Below are positions 25,186 to 40,270 of a stretch of DNA of 64,000 nucleotides, in pieces. This DNA comes from Octopus vulgaris. Lineage: Eukaryota. The notes beneath the pieces are model-generated. The model was not told where the DNA came from and did no database searches. It worked only from the letters and a program-made list of their open reading frames with translations. Every line of letters begins with the position of its first letter. Position 1 is the first letter of the stretch. The stretch lies in the NCBI GenBank assembly GCA_951406725.2, contig OX597820.1:79980001-80044000 (forward strand). Reading direction: 5' to 3'. Both the position numbers and the translations under genes were made by a program.

Positions 25186-26124
25186 ATACTATTATATTAT
25201 TTTGTCAGGTTTATGTCTAATTTAGATTCGTTAGGAAATTAAGGACACACTAATAAAGAAAACATGAAGCTAAGTTCACTTGAGAAATACGGTTCTTTCA
25301 TTTGGTTGTCAAAGACAAAGAACAAGCGAATAATAGCAGTGGAAAACGAAATGTTGGCCATCAAGGCAAGGCTAATACCTCAGGTTTCAGATAGCAAAAT
25401 CTCAGAAAAATAGCAAAGGATATGTCTCTGGGCGTTATTAGACTGTTCAAAGCCGCAAAAATTTCATTAAAATGTGGACTTTATCCTTGTGTAATCGGGC
25501 ATTGTTGTAAAATCAATCACTTCCAGCGTTTTTCGCGTTTTTCTCTAAATTTCTGACTATGAATAGCAATCGTTACGTCATGATATCTCCGAAAATAATT
25601 GATGTAATAGACTGAAATTTAGCATGTGTATTACTTTGATACTTGTCTAGATGTTGGTCTAGTATGATCAGATACACTTTATTTGTTCATCTTCCAGAGA
25701 TAATTGACTACTACTACTACCCAAGCGTCAAAAACACTTGAAACGCTGTATATGGCTATGAGCGAGCCCACAACGAAATAAAGGTCAACTTTATCAATTT
25801 CTTTGATTCAGAATCTAGTCTGTACTCCAATCTCTTGGCATTCCAAGTTAGAACATTATCTTTGATAGTTTGTCGGTCATTTTGAATTTATAATTAGGTC
25901 ATGAATAGATAATGTGGAAATTTGAATATTATGTCATTTGATAGAACTAACATTGTTCTTGATGTATGCCATATTTGGTTTGCTTAGGTATATACATACA
26001 GAGAGAGAGAGAGAGCGAGAGAGGAAGAGGGAGGGGAGAGAGAAATAGGAAAAGAGCGTTGAGAAGAGTAAACGGTAGATAGATAGATAGATAAATAAAC
26101 AGATAGATGGATTTATAGATAGAC

Positions 26125-26159
<35 letters not shown>

Positions 26160-26310
26160 CAGACAGAATTTCATTTTACAGCTCTTTGAATTAATATTAT
26201 TATCGTCGTCTTGTCTTATTTGCGATTTTGCAGTTTTGTGAAAGCAAATCAATTTCTTTTATGTTTTACTGAATAAAAGAGTTCGTAGAGCATATGAATG
26301 CGATATCATG

Positions 26311-26345
<35 letters not shown>

Positions 26346-26595
26346 GTCTTAAATGTATGCGTCCTGGCTGTAAATGTCACTCGAACGTTTATTACTTGGA
26401 CTCAACTGGTCCAAACTGTTCCTCGCACCAATTGCGATCTGATCACTGACACAGATCTACCAAATACAGTTTCGGTGTAGACAACAGTGTATGAATGTTT
26501 TGCAATTGCTAATACTTTTTCCACGCCGCAATTATTTTAGTTCAACACATACATACATGGAGGTGTTGAACGGTTAATTATGACTTTATTTAATA

Positions 26596-27109
26596 CTAGC
26601 AGTATCGCCCGGCGTTGCTCGGGTTTGTAAGGGAAATAACTATATAAGCACTTTTAGAGAGTTACTTCCCTTATAGATGCCAATTCGGGCTTTCTTAGCC
26701 ATTTCTGTTTTGGTGTCTTCAAGCCATGAAGTCGTTGTTCTAAAAGAACGCTGGTCTCCTTGACAACGCTTTACCACGTTGATTTCCTTACACTCCCTTC
26801 CCCACAGCTTCACGAGGGAGGGAAGAAGGGGGAGAAGCAACACAGGTGCAGGTGTGACCATGGACGCCAACTCCGCCGCCATCGACACACGAAAAAATAT
26901 GCATTAAAATGGAATAAAAAATGATGTTAAATTATTTTTAAAATCGTAGACTCATCGTAGACGCGCGCTAATACCCAGACGGGCTCGATATGAATCACGA
27001 CTATAAGATACCCGAATTTGGTTAAACTGCACCGCAAAATGTCGGAGTAGTTAGGAATCTAAATCGAAGGGGACAGACACTCACACAACTACAGTTTTAT
27101 ATATATAGA
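26596..27109 (-). mobile_element. Non-autonomous Helitron
   Basis: Minus strand: 5' a|TCTATATATATAAAA; 3' hairpin cccgagcaacgccggg followed by CTAG|t; homolog at 39122-39514. Confidence 0.88.
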
Positions 27110-27249
27110 TATTTCTTTCTTATATTCACGCACTTACTGCAGTGGTCCTTCAGATTTTCTAAGCCCTGTAAAAGAACTCGGAAGGTTGAGCTTCCAGCCA
27201 GGCCTTTCGCGATACCCTTAAAGCCAGGAACTTTTCGGTATCTCTCGTA
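27110..27249 (-). mobile_element. Mariner-like terminal region
   Basis: Reverse complement TA-CGAGAGATACCGAAAAGTTCCTGG; homolog at 52130-52241. Confidence 0.7.
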
Positions 27250-28494
27250 TATATATATATATATATATATATACACGTGGGTTGTCCAATGCGTATGTAA
27301 ATTGTTTTTATTGCGTGTTAGTCTCGTATATAAATTGGTTCCATTTATGATTAGTTAATCTTTTCTCTTTTACTTGTTTCAGTCATTGGAATGTACTTAT
27401 GCCATAGTCGATCAATTGATACCCTGTTCATATTGTTAAGTCTAATGCTTATTTTATCGGTCTGAGGAGACACTTACCCAAGGCGTCGACTGAACTCTAA
27501 ATCATGTGGTGGCTTTCTAGGCGATTAATTAATAAATTGGTGATATCCAAGTCACCAAACAACGATGAAAAAACAGCAACGGACAAAGTATAAAGTGAAT
27601 ATAATACAGTGGAAGGAAGAAAACAAAAACAAGCTGACTGGAGTCCTTCGTCAAAACTGAAATATGGAGAAGAGGGTTTAAAACCAAAGACCTCAAGCAA
27701 AGCCTCATTGCTATTCGATGCTTAAAAATTCCTATTATATTTTTATGATTAGAAATTTTATTTTGTGTTTTGTAGAAGTATAAACAATCTATTGCAGATA
27801 AATCTTAATAAAATCTTATTTGGGCCCCAAAGGGTTAATATGGATCCCGTTGAGAAGCACTGGGCTAAAATGTAAAATTGAAGAGGAAAGAAAAAAAGAT
27901 GACTGTGCAGAGTTGTGGTTTGGTTGGGAAAGAAAAAGTAAAAGAACGAAGTCACTTTTAGAAGATCAAGATTGAAGTGTCGGGGATGTCAATGTAACAA
28001 GTAACGGCGGAGGGTGCATAGGATAGCAGAGCTAATGGGGGAAATGGAAATAAGGGATAGAGAAGCTTGTGTGCCTGCGAGCGTGCGTGTGTGTGTGAGC
28101 GTCTGTGTATGCGAAGTAAAGCTTACGTAGTGTTTTTACAAGGCGCCAGAGAGTGTATGGGTGAATGAGGGGGGAAGGATTTGTGAAGGAAGTGAAATAT
28201 GTGGGAAGTATGTTCGGGATATGTACGAGGTGTCTTCGGTGAATGTGTGTATTTAAGTTATTTGTATACAATGTTGGATCGCCATATTTATTAGTTATAT
28301 AGCTTATATAAAGGTTAAGTCCTGTGTATAAATTGTTTATATATAGTGTTAGCACAAGATTTGTTGCATAGATTATTTTGAGGGTTCATCTGCTATATAA
28401 ATTGTTTATACACAATGTCGGCTTCGGATATGAACGGGATATTCTCAAAACTGGATAGACACAAAATTAGGGAAGTGAATAGGCTTTATATTTT

Positions 28495-28730
28495 TCTTTT
28501 CTGTTTTATTTGGTTTAGCCATATGATTGTGGCCATGCTGGGGCATCCCCTTGAAGAGTATAGTCGAAGAAATTGATCCCAGGACTTATTTTTTGAAGTC
28601 TCGTTCTTATTCTGTAGGTGTTTTTTTGCCGGGTCTATGTTACAGGGACGTAAACAATCAACACGTGTTCTTAAGGGGCATTAGTGGTGGTGGACAATCA
28701 CAAAAACTAACACACACGTATATATTCATA
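28495..28730 (-). mobile_element. SINE S2 3' half, degenerate
   Basis: gtggccatgctggggcatccc...gatcccaggacttatt. Confidence 0.75.
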
Positions 28731-28736
28731 CACACA

Positions 28737-28814
<78 letters not shown>

Positions 28815-28842
28815 ATGTGTATATATATATATATATATATTA

Positions 28843-29428
28843 TATAAAAGGGCTTAGTAAAATAAATTACTTTGCCGCATACTGAACTCATTAGAAATAG
28901 CAGCTAAAAAACTTTTTTAAAGCTATTTCTAATATATAGAAAATATATATAGTGTTTGCTTAATTCAACTCACAAAAGTTTGGGGGTAAGGACATTAAAA
29001 AATCAAATGCTAAGGTTATTTGAGAACGTACGTTTCAAGATTAGTCAAAACAACACTTCTATCTTCAGCTCAGAAACTCCTTGGTTTGGATTTGGAAACA
29101 CTGAAAGTAAGAACATACCCTTTCGAAGATCCGCTCGTAACTAACAGTGCCAACAAACCCAAATAAGCAAGTGAAGAATTTCTGTTCTCCCCTTTCCACC
29201 AGCGTGGGTTAAAATCATCAAACGCTATGCTTATTTCGGTAAAATCCGAAGCATTAATCAGAGGGAGATTAATTATAATTTCAACAATTGAGGGTAAATT
29301 CAATTAATTATTAATCAATTTCACCAAGTGTTAGTATGCATTTGCGTTGAATTCGCCTTAAATGGTCCCTTTGCATACTGAACACTTGGTGAAATTGATT
29401 AATAATTAATTAATTTTACCCTCAATTG

Positions 29429-29432
<4 letters not shown>
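28843..29432 (-). mobile_element. HHR-bearing fold-back element, family D, inside (TA)n
   Basis: Homologous to 48601-49411; terminal inversion 29283-29340/29373-29430. Confidence 0.8.
29021..29072 (-). ncRNA. Type-I hammerhead ribozyme, family D, core intact
   Basis: Reverse complement TGAG-CTGAAGA-[weak stem II]-GAAAC-GTAC-GTT-CTCA. Confidence 0.75.
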
Positions 29433-29521
<89 letters not shown>

Positions 29522-29525
29522 GTAT

Positions 29526-29576
<51 letters not shown>

Positions 29577-29697
29577 TAAGAAAGTTGGTTTGTGAAAGCA
29601 CGTGGTTGAATATATAGAAAATAGTACAAAGTGAAAAAACTACAGAAGGCTTAAGGTTATAAAAATATATATATTTATCAATATGTCTGAAGAATAT

Positions 29698-30842
<1,145 letters not shown>

Positions 30843-31392
30843 TAAATTCACAAAGTGAATACATAAATTCATTAATTAATGAATTCTTCAATTTGGCATA
30901 CAAGATATGCTTTCAATTATACTTGATAGAGATTTTGAAGTGATAAAATGCTGTAATGTTATTTATGCGAAAACTACACCGCAAATAACTGAAAAAGAAA
31001 TAATTGAATTTATTGAAGCTGATCTTTATAATAGCATTTATAATGGAAACACTAGAATACAATAATATAAATTAAAATACTTGATTGCTACTATATATGC
31101 TATAAATAATATATTCAAAGGAAAGACGTTTGCAATAACAGATACTCAAATACAATTGGCCAGGTTTATGCTTCTGCTTTGATACTAACTTGATCGTCTG
31201 CCTGATTTATTCTTCACGTTTTATCTTTTTATGCAAAGCAGGGAAAATAAATTTGTTAAAATCATCTTTAAACAAAGATCATAAAAGATGAAAATAATTA
31301 CTTTGGTCTGTAATATTTATAGAAATGTTTGATAAAAGAAATTAGTTTCATGACGCATTTTTACAATACCGTTTATAATATATTTCCGCAAA

Positions 31393-32165
31393 TACAGGGT
31401 TGTTAGATAAATTTGTTCGTTTTCTTTCATTTATTTTAATCCTTATTTTTATCAACAATTTTAACAAATCAGTCATTGTTCACCGCTTCTTGCCAATGTT
31501 CCACTAGCTTATCAATGCCATGTCTCTAGAAACCACCGTCCTGATAGGAAGAATTCATCAAGCTATGTTTTCAGCTCCATATCATTGTTAACCGAAACGC
31601 TTCACAGACTGTTAGAAAGTCACTGAAAAAGATGATAACCTGAAGGCCCTACATAAAAAAAAATACGGTAGGTGCGATATACCTTCCCAACCAAGCTTTG
31701 AATAGCATTTTTGGTAAAATTAGCAATGTCATGATGAGCGTTATCGTGTTGAATAAGCACGTCGCTGGTTGTGTTGTTCGGACTGTATTCATCGAATGAA
31801 AGTGACGGGCGACAGTGTCATGAGAGCATCCCATCTGCTGACCCAGTTCTTTAGTGGATTGGTGTGGATCCACGTCGATGAGTTCGTTCACTCGAGCCTC
31901 ATTGAACTGAACAGGTCAACCGGAACGCAAAGCCTGTGAGGTCGAATTTCCACTCCTTGAAGCGTGAAAACCATTTCTGCGCAGTTCTTTCAGTAATAGC
32001 ACCTTCTATGTACACAGCACAAATATCTCAAGCGGCTCGGTTGACGCGCACAAGGGTTGTGAGAGAGTAGCAGATAGAAAAGGTGTGGGCGCAAAAACCA
32101 AAACCTTACAGAATTCTTGAAGGTGTAGAGTTTATCTGACATCGTCTGGACTTCATGAATGCACC
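31393..32165 (-). mobile_element. Mariner transposon remnant (internally deleted transposase pseudogene)
   Basis: DICAVY.EGAITERTAQKWFSRFKE; NELIDVDPHQSTKELGQQMGCSHDTVARH; PSGYHLF; GIDKLVEHW; end TA-CAGGGTTG. Confidence 0.88.
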
Positions 32166-34344
32166 AACCTTTTATGTCACCTTTGAACTGCCTTTCAGCC
32201 TTTTGGGATCGATAAATTAAGTACCAATTAAGTACGGAGGTCGATGTAATCGACTATCCCCCTCCCCACAAATTGTAGGCCTTGTCCCTGTAGTAGATGG
32301 GATCATCATCATCATCATCATCATCATCATTATTATCATTATTATTATTATTATTATCATCATCATCATCATCATCATCACCATCATTACTTTTAATCTG
32401 CAAGTTTGTTACAATCACTTGCCAAGACACACCCACCGTCCTAGGGCGAGTGAAGGATAAGACATGTTACAGTATAACTGAAAGCTTGGGGAAGGGTAGT
32501 AGCAGGAGCAAAAGCGAAATATTTTCATGTAATACATCACAGATTTAAATAGATAGACCTTTTTCTAAGGTCCTATGTTAAGCTTCATCGCGCAGACTAT
32601 CGTCTAAGACTGTCATGCCGAGCATAACCAATCCGTCGATGTAGGAGTAGATAGCACCATAGTATTTCTTGTATTGTCTTCTTATAGAATCATTATATAA
32701 GATATGTATGATTTGAGAGTTTTGTAGTTACAGGTAGCGGATTCAGCAACTGCGTAAAGTCTGAACCCATTCTTATTTGTTGGAGAATTACCAACAAATT
32801 GTCTTGTAGTAGTATAAGGGGTATGCTGCTGGATGGGAGAGGTAGCTAGGCGCTAATCAATATACCTTACTGTGATATATTCGCGTAAACTCATATAACG
32901 CGTTCGAATACACATGGATGTGAGGAGAGCTTCTATTACTCTGCTAGTCTCAGAACATTCTTCTCTTAGTTATGGGTAAAATACAAAATGGACCATGAAT
33001 AACGTCATTGGATCATAAAATGCATGCGTTTCTTTATCGAGACACTTTGTTAGCTACGAACACCAAATCTGTCACTCGTAGCCCGATAAGTAGAAATTAT
33101 TCGAGTTAAAAGAATTTGCTGAAGTGTATAAAGGTCGGTTAACAGAGAATTAAATAAAAGTGCATAAAGGTTGGTTAACAGAGAATTAAATAAATACTGT
33201 CATACGGAGAAGTGTTGAATAAAATATATTTCATATAAAGTCATATTCAACGCTTCGAATGCACTCGGATGTGAGTGAGCCTTTCGCTGTGGAGTTAGTC
33301 CCGGAAGAAAATTCTCGTCGAGTGTACTAGAATGTATTTAATATAACTTTATACCATTATATTTCATTCAACGCTGCTTCGTGTGGCGTTATTTACATTT
33401 TTCTTTATTTTGTTACGTCCCTGAACTAAAATTCTGGAGTCGACATTGCATAGTTTTTCTTTGTAGGTCGATAAAAACATATAAATCATGGCTGGTTGCC
33501 GGCAAATTTTTCTAATCTGAAAAAGTTTTTATCCTTTATATATACTCTTCAGTATTTACGTGTTGAAAAAAAATATATATCTTTCTACTTGTTCTATAAA
33601 AATCAAATATTGATGAGCAATTCAGTAAAACTACAGTATTTCACTAAAATGTGTGCTGTTCAGAAAATGAAACTCTGAGTGATCGCTCGATCTGCTAGGA
33701 ACAGTTTCTAAATTACCTTTAAAACATACATTATTTTCTTAAAGAAAAACAAGTATCACATTACAGATTGTCGGTGAATATGTCTGAAAATAAGAATAGT
33801 TGATAAGAATATAAATTATAGGATGAGACGATACAACAACAATAACAACAACAACAACAACAACAACAACAATAACAACAACAATAACAACAGCAGCAAC
33901 AGTAACAATAACGACACAACAATGTCTTGTGTCAATATAAAACAGAATTATAAGTGGTTGTATTAATTTTAGTAACAACGGTATTTATCTACATCCATTA
34001 TTCTTCCATCTTTGTATGTCTGTGTGTCGTGTATGTATATATGTGCGTATGTGCGTATGAGAGGAAATGTGTGCGTGTGTGTGCGCGCGTAGGAGGAGAA
34101 GAAATGAGGTTAGTTTAAAAAAAAAAAATGTTTTCTATTGCGCATAAAATTAGTTTGTGTGTGTGTGTGTGTGTGTATGTTTGTATGAGCAACTATATAC
34201 TCACGCACGCATCACAAATACACACACATACACGCAAACACACACAACACGCACGTACATACACACACAAATAGATGCAAATCCTCAATGAATCGTTTAT
34301 TTGTATAGCCTTGTATTTATCGTAGACTTTGTCTTTGTACAATA

Positions 34345-34403
<59 letters not shown>

Positions 34404-34668
34404 CTCAGCTGCTGCTGCTTTTCCTTATTGGCCACAAACTTCTGTACATATTGCATTAGATGTGCTAAACAAAGGAGATGCAATTCTTATGGGATGTATA
34501 TTCATACCTCGTCTATTGATTGTAGTCAAATGTAATATGCTATATACTGAAGCGAGTTATGAATATTGTAAAATAAACAAAGGGCAAAACATCCGCGAAT
34601 GGATAAGACTAGGGAACTTCATCACTCTAACCATGTTAAAAAGGGTCTTCCAAAATTACCCGTGTATA

Positions 34669-34831
34669 GGCGCAGGAGTGGTTGTGTGGTAAGTAGCTTG
34701 CTTACCAACCACATGGTTCCGGGTTCAGTCCCACTGCGTGACACCTTGGTCAAGTGTCTTCTACTATAGCCTCGGGCCGACAAAAGCCTTGTGAGTGGAT
34801 TTGGTAGACGGAAACTAAAAGAAGTCCGTCG

Positions 34832-34864
<33 letters not shown>

Positions 34865-35080
34865 ATATGTGTGTTTGCGTGTCTGTGTCTTCCCAGCATC
34901 GCTTGACAACCGATGTTGGTGTGTTTACGTCCCCGTAGCATAGCGGTTCGGCAAAAAGAGACCGATAGAATAAGTACTAGGCTTACAAAGAATAAGTCCT
35001 GGCGTTGATTTACTCGACTAAAGGTGGGCTCCAGCATGGCCGCTGTCAAATGACTGAAACAAGTAAAAGAGTAAAAGAGA
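34669..35080 (+). mobile_element. SINE S2, full length
   Basis: ggcgcaggagtggttgtgtggtaag...ccgggttcagtccc...(TA)n...gactgaaacaagtaaaagagtaaaaga. Confidence 0.95.
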
Positions 35081-35334
35081 AAGCGTATTCTGTCGGTATT
35101 CGCCAAACCGCGAAGGGCCCTTTATCGTATAGAGCAATGATTCTCAACCATTTTCACCATGTAGATGCCTTTGGTTCCTATTTTATTGTAATAGATTTCC
35201 ATAGCCATTTGCTGTGTATGAAAAGAAAATCTTACTGTATTTTAGTGATTAAATATTATTAGGAATTATATTTAAAAAAATGTTTAATATCTGGTGTATT
35301 GTAGAGGTACAGCCAATTTATTTCACGTAAATAT

Positions 35335-35520
35335 TGGTTTCAAATTTTGGTATAAGGCCAGGAAGAGGAGTGGGGTAAATCGATTATATAGACCCCAGTG
35401 CCAACTGGTACTTATTTTAACGACCTTGAAAAGATGAAAGACAAAGTCGGCCTCGGTGGAATTTGAACTCAAAACGTGAAGACGGACGAAATGCCGCTAA
35501 GCATTCTGCCAGGTCTCTTA
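35335..35520 (-). mobile_element. SINE S1
   Basis: aaagtcggcctcggtggaatttgaactc. Confidence 0.8.
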
Positions 35521-35574
35521 CCAATGACTTTCTATTTTAATTTTACTATATATATATACATTTTTTTTATACGC

Positions 35575-35853
35575 CCTTTTCAAACCTATGGGCCCGGTTT
35601 CCCGGTTTCAATGGCGTATGTGTTTCCCCCAGCTGGACGGGACGCCAGTCCATCGCAGCGTTACTCAAGAAACAGGAAGAGAGAATGAGAGAAAGTTTGG
35701 TCGAAAGAGTACAACAAAGGTCGCCCCCCCCCTGCCGGAGCCTCATGGAGCTTTAGGTGTTTTCGCGCAATAAACACACGCAACGCCCGGTCTGGGAATC
35801 GAAACCGCGATCCTCCGACCGCTGCCCTAAACACTGGGCCATTGCGCCTCCAC
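35575..35853 (-). mobile_element. SINE S3, full length
   Basis: Reverse complement ggaggcgcaatggcccagtgtttagggcagcgg...ggtttcgattcccagacc. Confidence 0.9.
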
Positions 35854-35863
35854 TATATATATA

Positions 35864-35960
<97 letters not shown>

Positions 35961-36309
35961 ACAAGGCATGAATAATGTTCAGTATTTTTCTTTATTGAAG
36001 TAAATTTGACTTACATATGTTCCTAGTAGTCATTATGGTTTCGTTATTGATAGTTCTACTCAATCAGCCCATTGACGACATACGACCGCGCTGTTACTCG
36101 ATCACCTGAACTGGTTATTCGCTGAGTAAGAACGTTGTTGCTTCCCTTTACGTTCCCCAGTTTTGATGTAGTAACCGATTAATGACTGCAACCAGTGAAA
36201 TAATAAAAGAATGAAAAACATATATCTGCGTATGTTTGTACATTTGAACCTGTATCTCTTCTCAGATGCTTGTGTATTAGTGTAGAGGCCCTGTGTACAG
36301 ATGCTCTAT

Positions 36310-36486
36310 ACTCTTTTACTCTTTTACTTGTTTCAGTTATTTGACTGCGACCATGCTGGAGCACCGCCTTTAGTCGAGCAAATCGACTTATTCTTTAGAA
36401 GCTTAGTACTTATTCTATCGGTCTCTTTTTGCCGAACCGCTAAGTTACGGGCACGTAAACACACCAACATCGGTTGTCAAGTGATG

Positions 36487-36521
<35 letters not shown>

Positions 36522-36735
36522 GGAAAAACACAGACACACAAGCATATACACACACATGCATATATATATATACATATATACGACGTGCTTCTTGCAGTTT
36601 CCGTCCACTCACAAAGCTTTGGTCGGCCTGAGGCTATAGTAGAAGACAGTTGCCCAAGGTGCCACGCAGTGGGAATGAACCCGGAACCATGTGGTTGGTA
36701 AGCAAGCTACCTACCACACAGCCATTCTTGCGCCT
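36310..36735 (-). mobile_element. SINE S2, full length
   Basis: Reverse complement of the 34669-35080 type. Confidence 0.92.
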
Positions 36736-37247
36736 CTCTATATATGTATGATATATGCTATATGAATCTGATGAGGCAGAGCCATTTCCTAGACTCGGTC
36801 TATTTTTGACGCTTGCATCAGATTGTTTAGCTGACTGAAACTTTCTATGGTAGTCTTGAGGCACCGATCGTCAGCGATATTTCAGGAAGGGCCAAAATGA
36901 AAGCGGTTGTGACATTCAATATATTTCTATGAAGATATTAATAATATACCTGTAACCGTTCCAAATAGAAAATGAAATCATGGTATTTCCACAAATCATT
37001 CGAAATAAATTAATCAAATTGCTTTATAGCTGGATATACGAATTAAATATGTATAATTCGTGGCTTGAAGTCACAAACAAATTTCCAATTATAACGTAAA
37101 TATATTGGAAACGTATCAACCATTAATCGAGTCTAAGCCACCCTGTGGCAATGGATATGGCTGTGTAGTTAAGCTTCTGTCGTTGCAACAAAGTACAGAG
37201 TTCGTTACTACTGAGAAGCATTTAGGATAAGTGGGTTTTTTTTGTAC

Positions 37248-37410
37248 ATGCGCAGGAGCGGATGTGTGGTAAGCAGCTTACTTACCAACCACATAGTTCC
37301 GGGTTCAGTCCCACCTCGTGGCACGTTGGGCAAATGTCTTCTACTATAGTCTCGGGCCGACAAAAGCCTTGTGAATGGATTTGGCAGACGGAAACTGAAA
37401 GAAGCTCGTC

Positions 37411-37465
<55 letters not shown>

Positions 37466-37620
37466 TGTGTGTCTGTGTTTGTTTCCTCCACCATCACTTG
37501 ACGACCGATGCTGGTGTGTTTACGTCCCCGCGACCTAGCGGTTCAGCAAAACAGCACGACAAAATAAGTAACTAGGCTTCTAAGAGAATAAGTCTCGGGG
37601 TTGATTTGTTTCGACTAAAA
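37248..37620 (+). mobile_element. SINE S2
   Basis: gcgcaggagcggatgtgtggtaag head. Confidence 0.9.
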
Positions 37621-37861
37621 TCTATTTACTAACTACTAGAATCTATTTACTATATTTTTTTTACGCTGACACACATAGTGAAGGTGGAATAAGTCTTGTA
37701 TTTTAACTGTTCTGTTCCCTGGTTTATTTTACTGAACCAGCATTTAGCCTTTGTCTTTTGTTCATCGCCGAACAACTGCTAACTTTTCAAAATTACTTAA
37801 CAACTAATATTTATAGTTATAAATGCAAATTTATACTCTGGGCATACAATATATTAGTTGT

Positions 37862-38168
37862 TGTTGTTTGTTCCTTCTCGAGCCATGCCTGGCTCATAAG
37901 TGTCGGTTTCCCGGTTTCCTTGGCGTGTAGGTTCCCCGCCTGAACGGGACGCCGGTCCGTTGCAGGTGAGCTTACAAGATGCAGGAGGAAAGAGTGATAG
38001 AAAGTTGTGGCGAAAGAGTCAGCAGAAGTTCACCATTACTTTCTGCTGGAGCTGCGTAGAGCTTAGGTGTTTCGCTCATAAACACACACATCACCCAGTC
38101 TGAGATTCGAACCCTCGATCCCTCGACCGCGAATCCGCTGCTCTAACTACTAGGCCATGTGCCTCCAC
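37862..38168 (-). mobile_element. SINE S3, full length
   Basis: Reverse complement gtggaggcacatggcctagtagttagagcagcgg...gggttcgaatctcagac. Confidence 0.9.
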
Positions 38169-38255
38169 AATATATTAGTTACGAGAACATAAACACTCCA
38201 ACACTCTTTGTTAAGCGATGGTGGGGGACAAATACAGACACAAAGACGCCTCCTC

Positions 38256-38347
<92 letters not shown>

Positions 38348-39121
38348 TATTATAAAAGGCAGATTTTATCTGCCTCCCTTTGTAACTTATAGAAATCTAC
38401 AATATAGGATTTCTTCAATTACAATTTACCTAGCATTTTTAAGAGTAGAATGCATCGGGTTTTGCCAGGTCCAGTTTTTAAAATTTAAACTCCAATTAAG
38501 CAAAATTTACAGAAAACTCACATTCTGGTGTGTATGTCAAATGCTTTTCTTAGTCTGGTTTACAGCACACGCAAACGCACACACACAGTGTGCAACGAAT
38601 AAAGTGAAACTAGATGTAATATTTGTTTCTGTCTATCACGCTGATAGATACATGAGTAAAATGTATGGCAAGCTAACAGATAACAGTGAGTGAAAATGTT
38701 CTTGGAAGAGAGTAAATAGCGACAAAGTGATTTGAGGAAGACTAAACTGAAAGTATGAAACAGTGTTTATGTATAAACAGACGACACTTATATAAACCCT
38801 TTCGTTACCAAACCGCCCGAATTTACCTATTCATATTTAAATGAGAATATCAGAGTAAATCTCTTTAGTACATTCGTGAAAACACGTATTATACTTCGTA
38901 AACACTTCAAATACAGTTTTGTACAAAAATCGAAGTGTAATTTTAATTCCGTGAATTATGGGAGATTTTTTTCCGAAATTTGTTCCTATTGTGTTTTCAA
39001 AATTTGTAATTCTGACAAAAAATGGATACAAATTTCATTATATCAAGCAGCGAGTCAGAATTCGAAGGATTTTCTACTGAAGACCTTCATAAATCTAACT
39101 CTATGACTGAAAAAAAAAGCA

Positions 39122-39514
39122 TCTTTATATAAGAGTGAAGTTGTGTGTCTGTCTCCTACGATTTAGATTCGTAACTACTCCCACATTTTGCGGTGCAGTT
39201 TAACCAAAAGCAGGTATCTTATAGTCGTGATTCATATCGAGCCCTTCTGGGTATTAGCGCGCGTCTACGATGAGTCTACTATTTAAAAAAAATTTACCAT
39301 CATATTTTTCCATTTTAATGCATTTTTTCGCTTTTATATAAGGGAAGTAACTCTCTAAAAATATCTACGATGTGTCAACGATTAAAAAAAAAATTACCTT
39401 AATTTTTTTTCAATTTTTAATGCATTTTTTTGCTATTTTTTGGCTATAACTCTCTAAAAATGCTTATATAGTTATTTCCCTTACAACCCGAGCAACGCCG
39501 GGCGATACTGCTAG
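39122..39514 (+). mobile_element. Non-autonomous Helitron
   Basis: a|TCTTTATATAAG ... cccgagcaacgccggg cgatactg CTAG|t; homolog of 26596-27109. Confidence 0.88.
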
Positions 39515-39527
39515 TATATATATATAT

Positions 39528-39985
39528 ATTTGGCGAACAAAAGTGTGGAGTGGAGTGAAAGCATTTGAAGAGGTCAGGATGACACATGCAAGACTCAAGG
39601 GAGATTTAAAAAAATATGTTGCGGTCGAGAAGGTGAATCTCAGTGACCATTCTGTGTGCACAGTTTATGACAGGCAATACCTTTCTTTTGCTGGGTTCAA
39701 ATCTCATTTGTGGACCCATGAAAAACCGAACCTCCACTAACTATTCTGCCGATATATATATATGCACCTTTCAATCCGTGTATGCCATAAGAGCTGCAAA
39801 TCTAACGGAAGCCACAAAGGTAATTTTAAGATCCACAAAGATCAGAACTTAACAGCAGCTCTTGGTGGTCCAAATCGGATATGCAATCTATGTGGGTGTC
39901 TTTTCAATACATTGCCTGGTTTAAATAGCCACGTCAGACGCCATGACGAATCTAAGGTGTATGTCCATAACTTGTAGACAACCAC
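39528..39985 (+). mobile_element. RTE-clade LINE C-terminal fragment with up to three C2H2-like zinc fingers
   Basis: IWRTKVWSGVKAFEEVR...CTVYDRQYLSFAGFKSHLWTH; RVCHKSCKSNGSHKGNFKIH; CNLCGCLFNTLPGLNSHVRRH. Confidence 0.7.
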
Positions 39986-40091
39986 CATATATATACATAC
40001 ATATATATTTGGTTGACTAAAGGCGGTGCTCCAGCATGGGCGCAGTCTAATGACTGAAACAAATAAAATACTAAAAGAATATATACATATT

Positions 40092-40205
40092 GGGGTTCAG
40101 TCCCACTGCGTGGCATCTTGGGCAAGTGTCTTCTGCTATAGCCCCGGGCCGACCAATGCCTTGTGAGTGGATTTGGTAGACGGAAACTGAAAGAAGCCTG
40201 TCGTA

Positions 40206-40270
<65 letters not shown>

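Noticed and set aside
25225-25860. Possible Tc1-like transposon remnant
   Set aside because: Only vague TIR and peptide resemblance; no matching second end found
27630-27700. Possible inverted pair of decayed hammerheads (ccttcgtcaa...gaagaggg)
   Set aside because: No GAAA or stem I recoverable; too degenerate
28330-28470. Possible GIY-YIG tail (KQFI*QMNPQNN) on the minus strand
   Set aside because: Too short and interrupted to support a call
36040-36090. CTGATTGA...GAAA-cca-TA on the minus strand
   Set aside because: Extra core nucleotide and stem I does not pair
36765-36825. CTGATGAG motif
   Set aside because: No downstream stem II/GAAA; only a 9-bp inverted repeat
38345-39120. Helitron-like 5' start (TCTTATTATAAAAGG) and piggyBac-like CCCTTT end
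   Set aside because: No matching opposite termini identified
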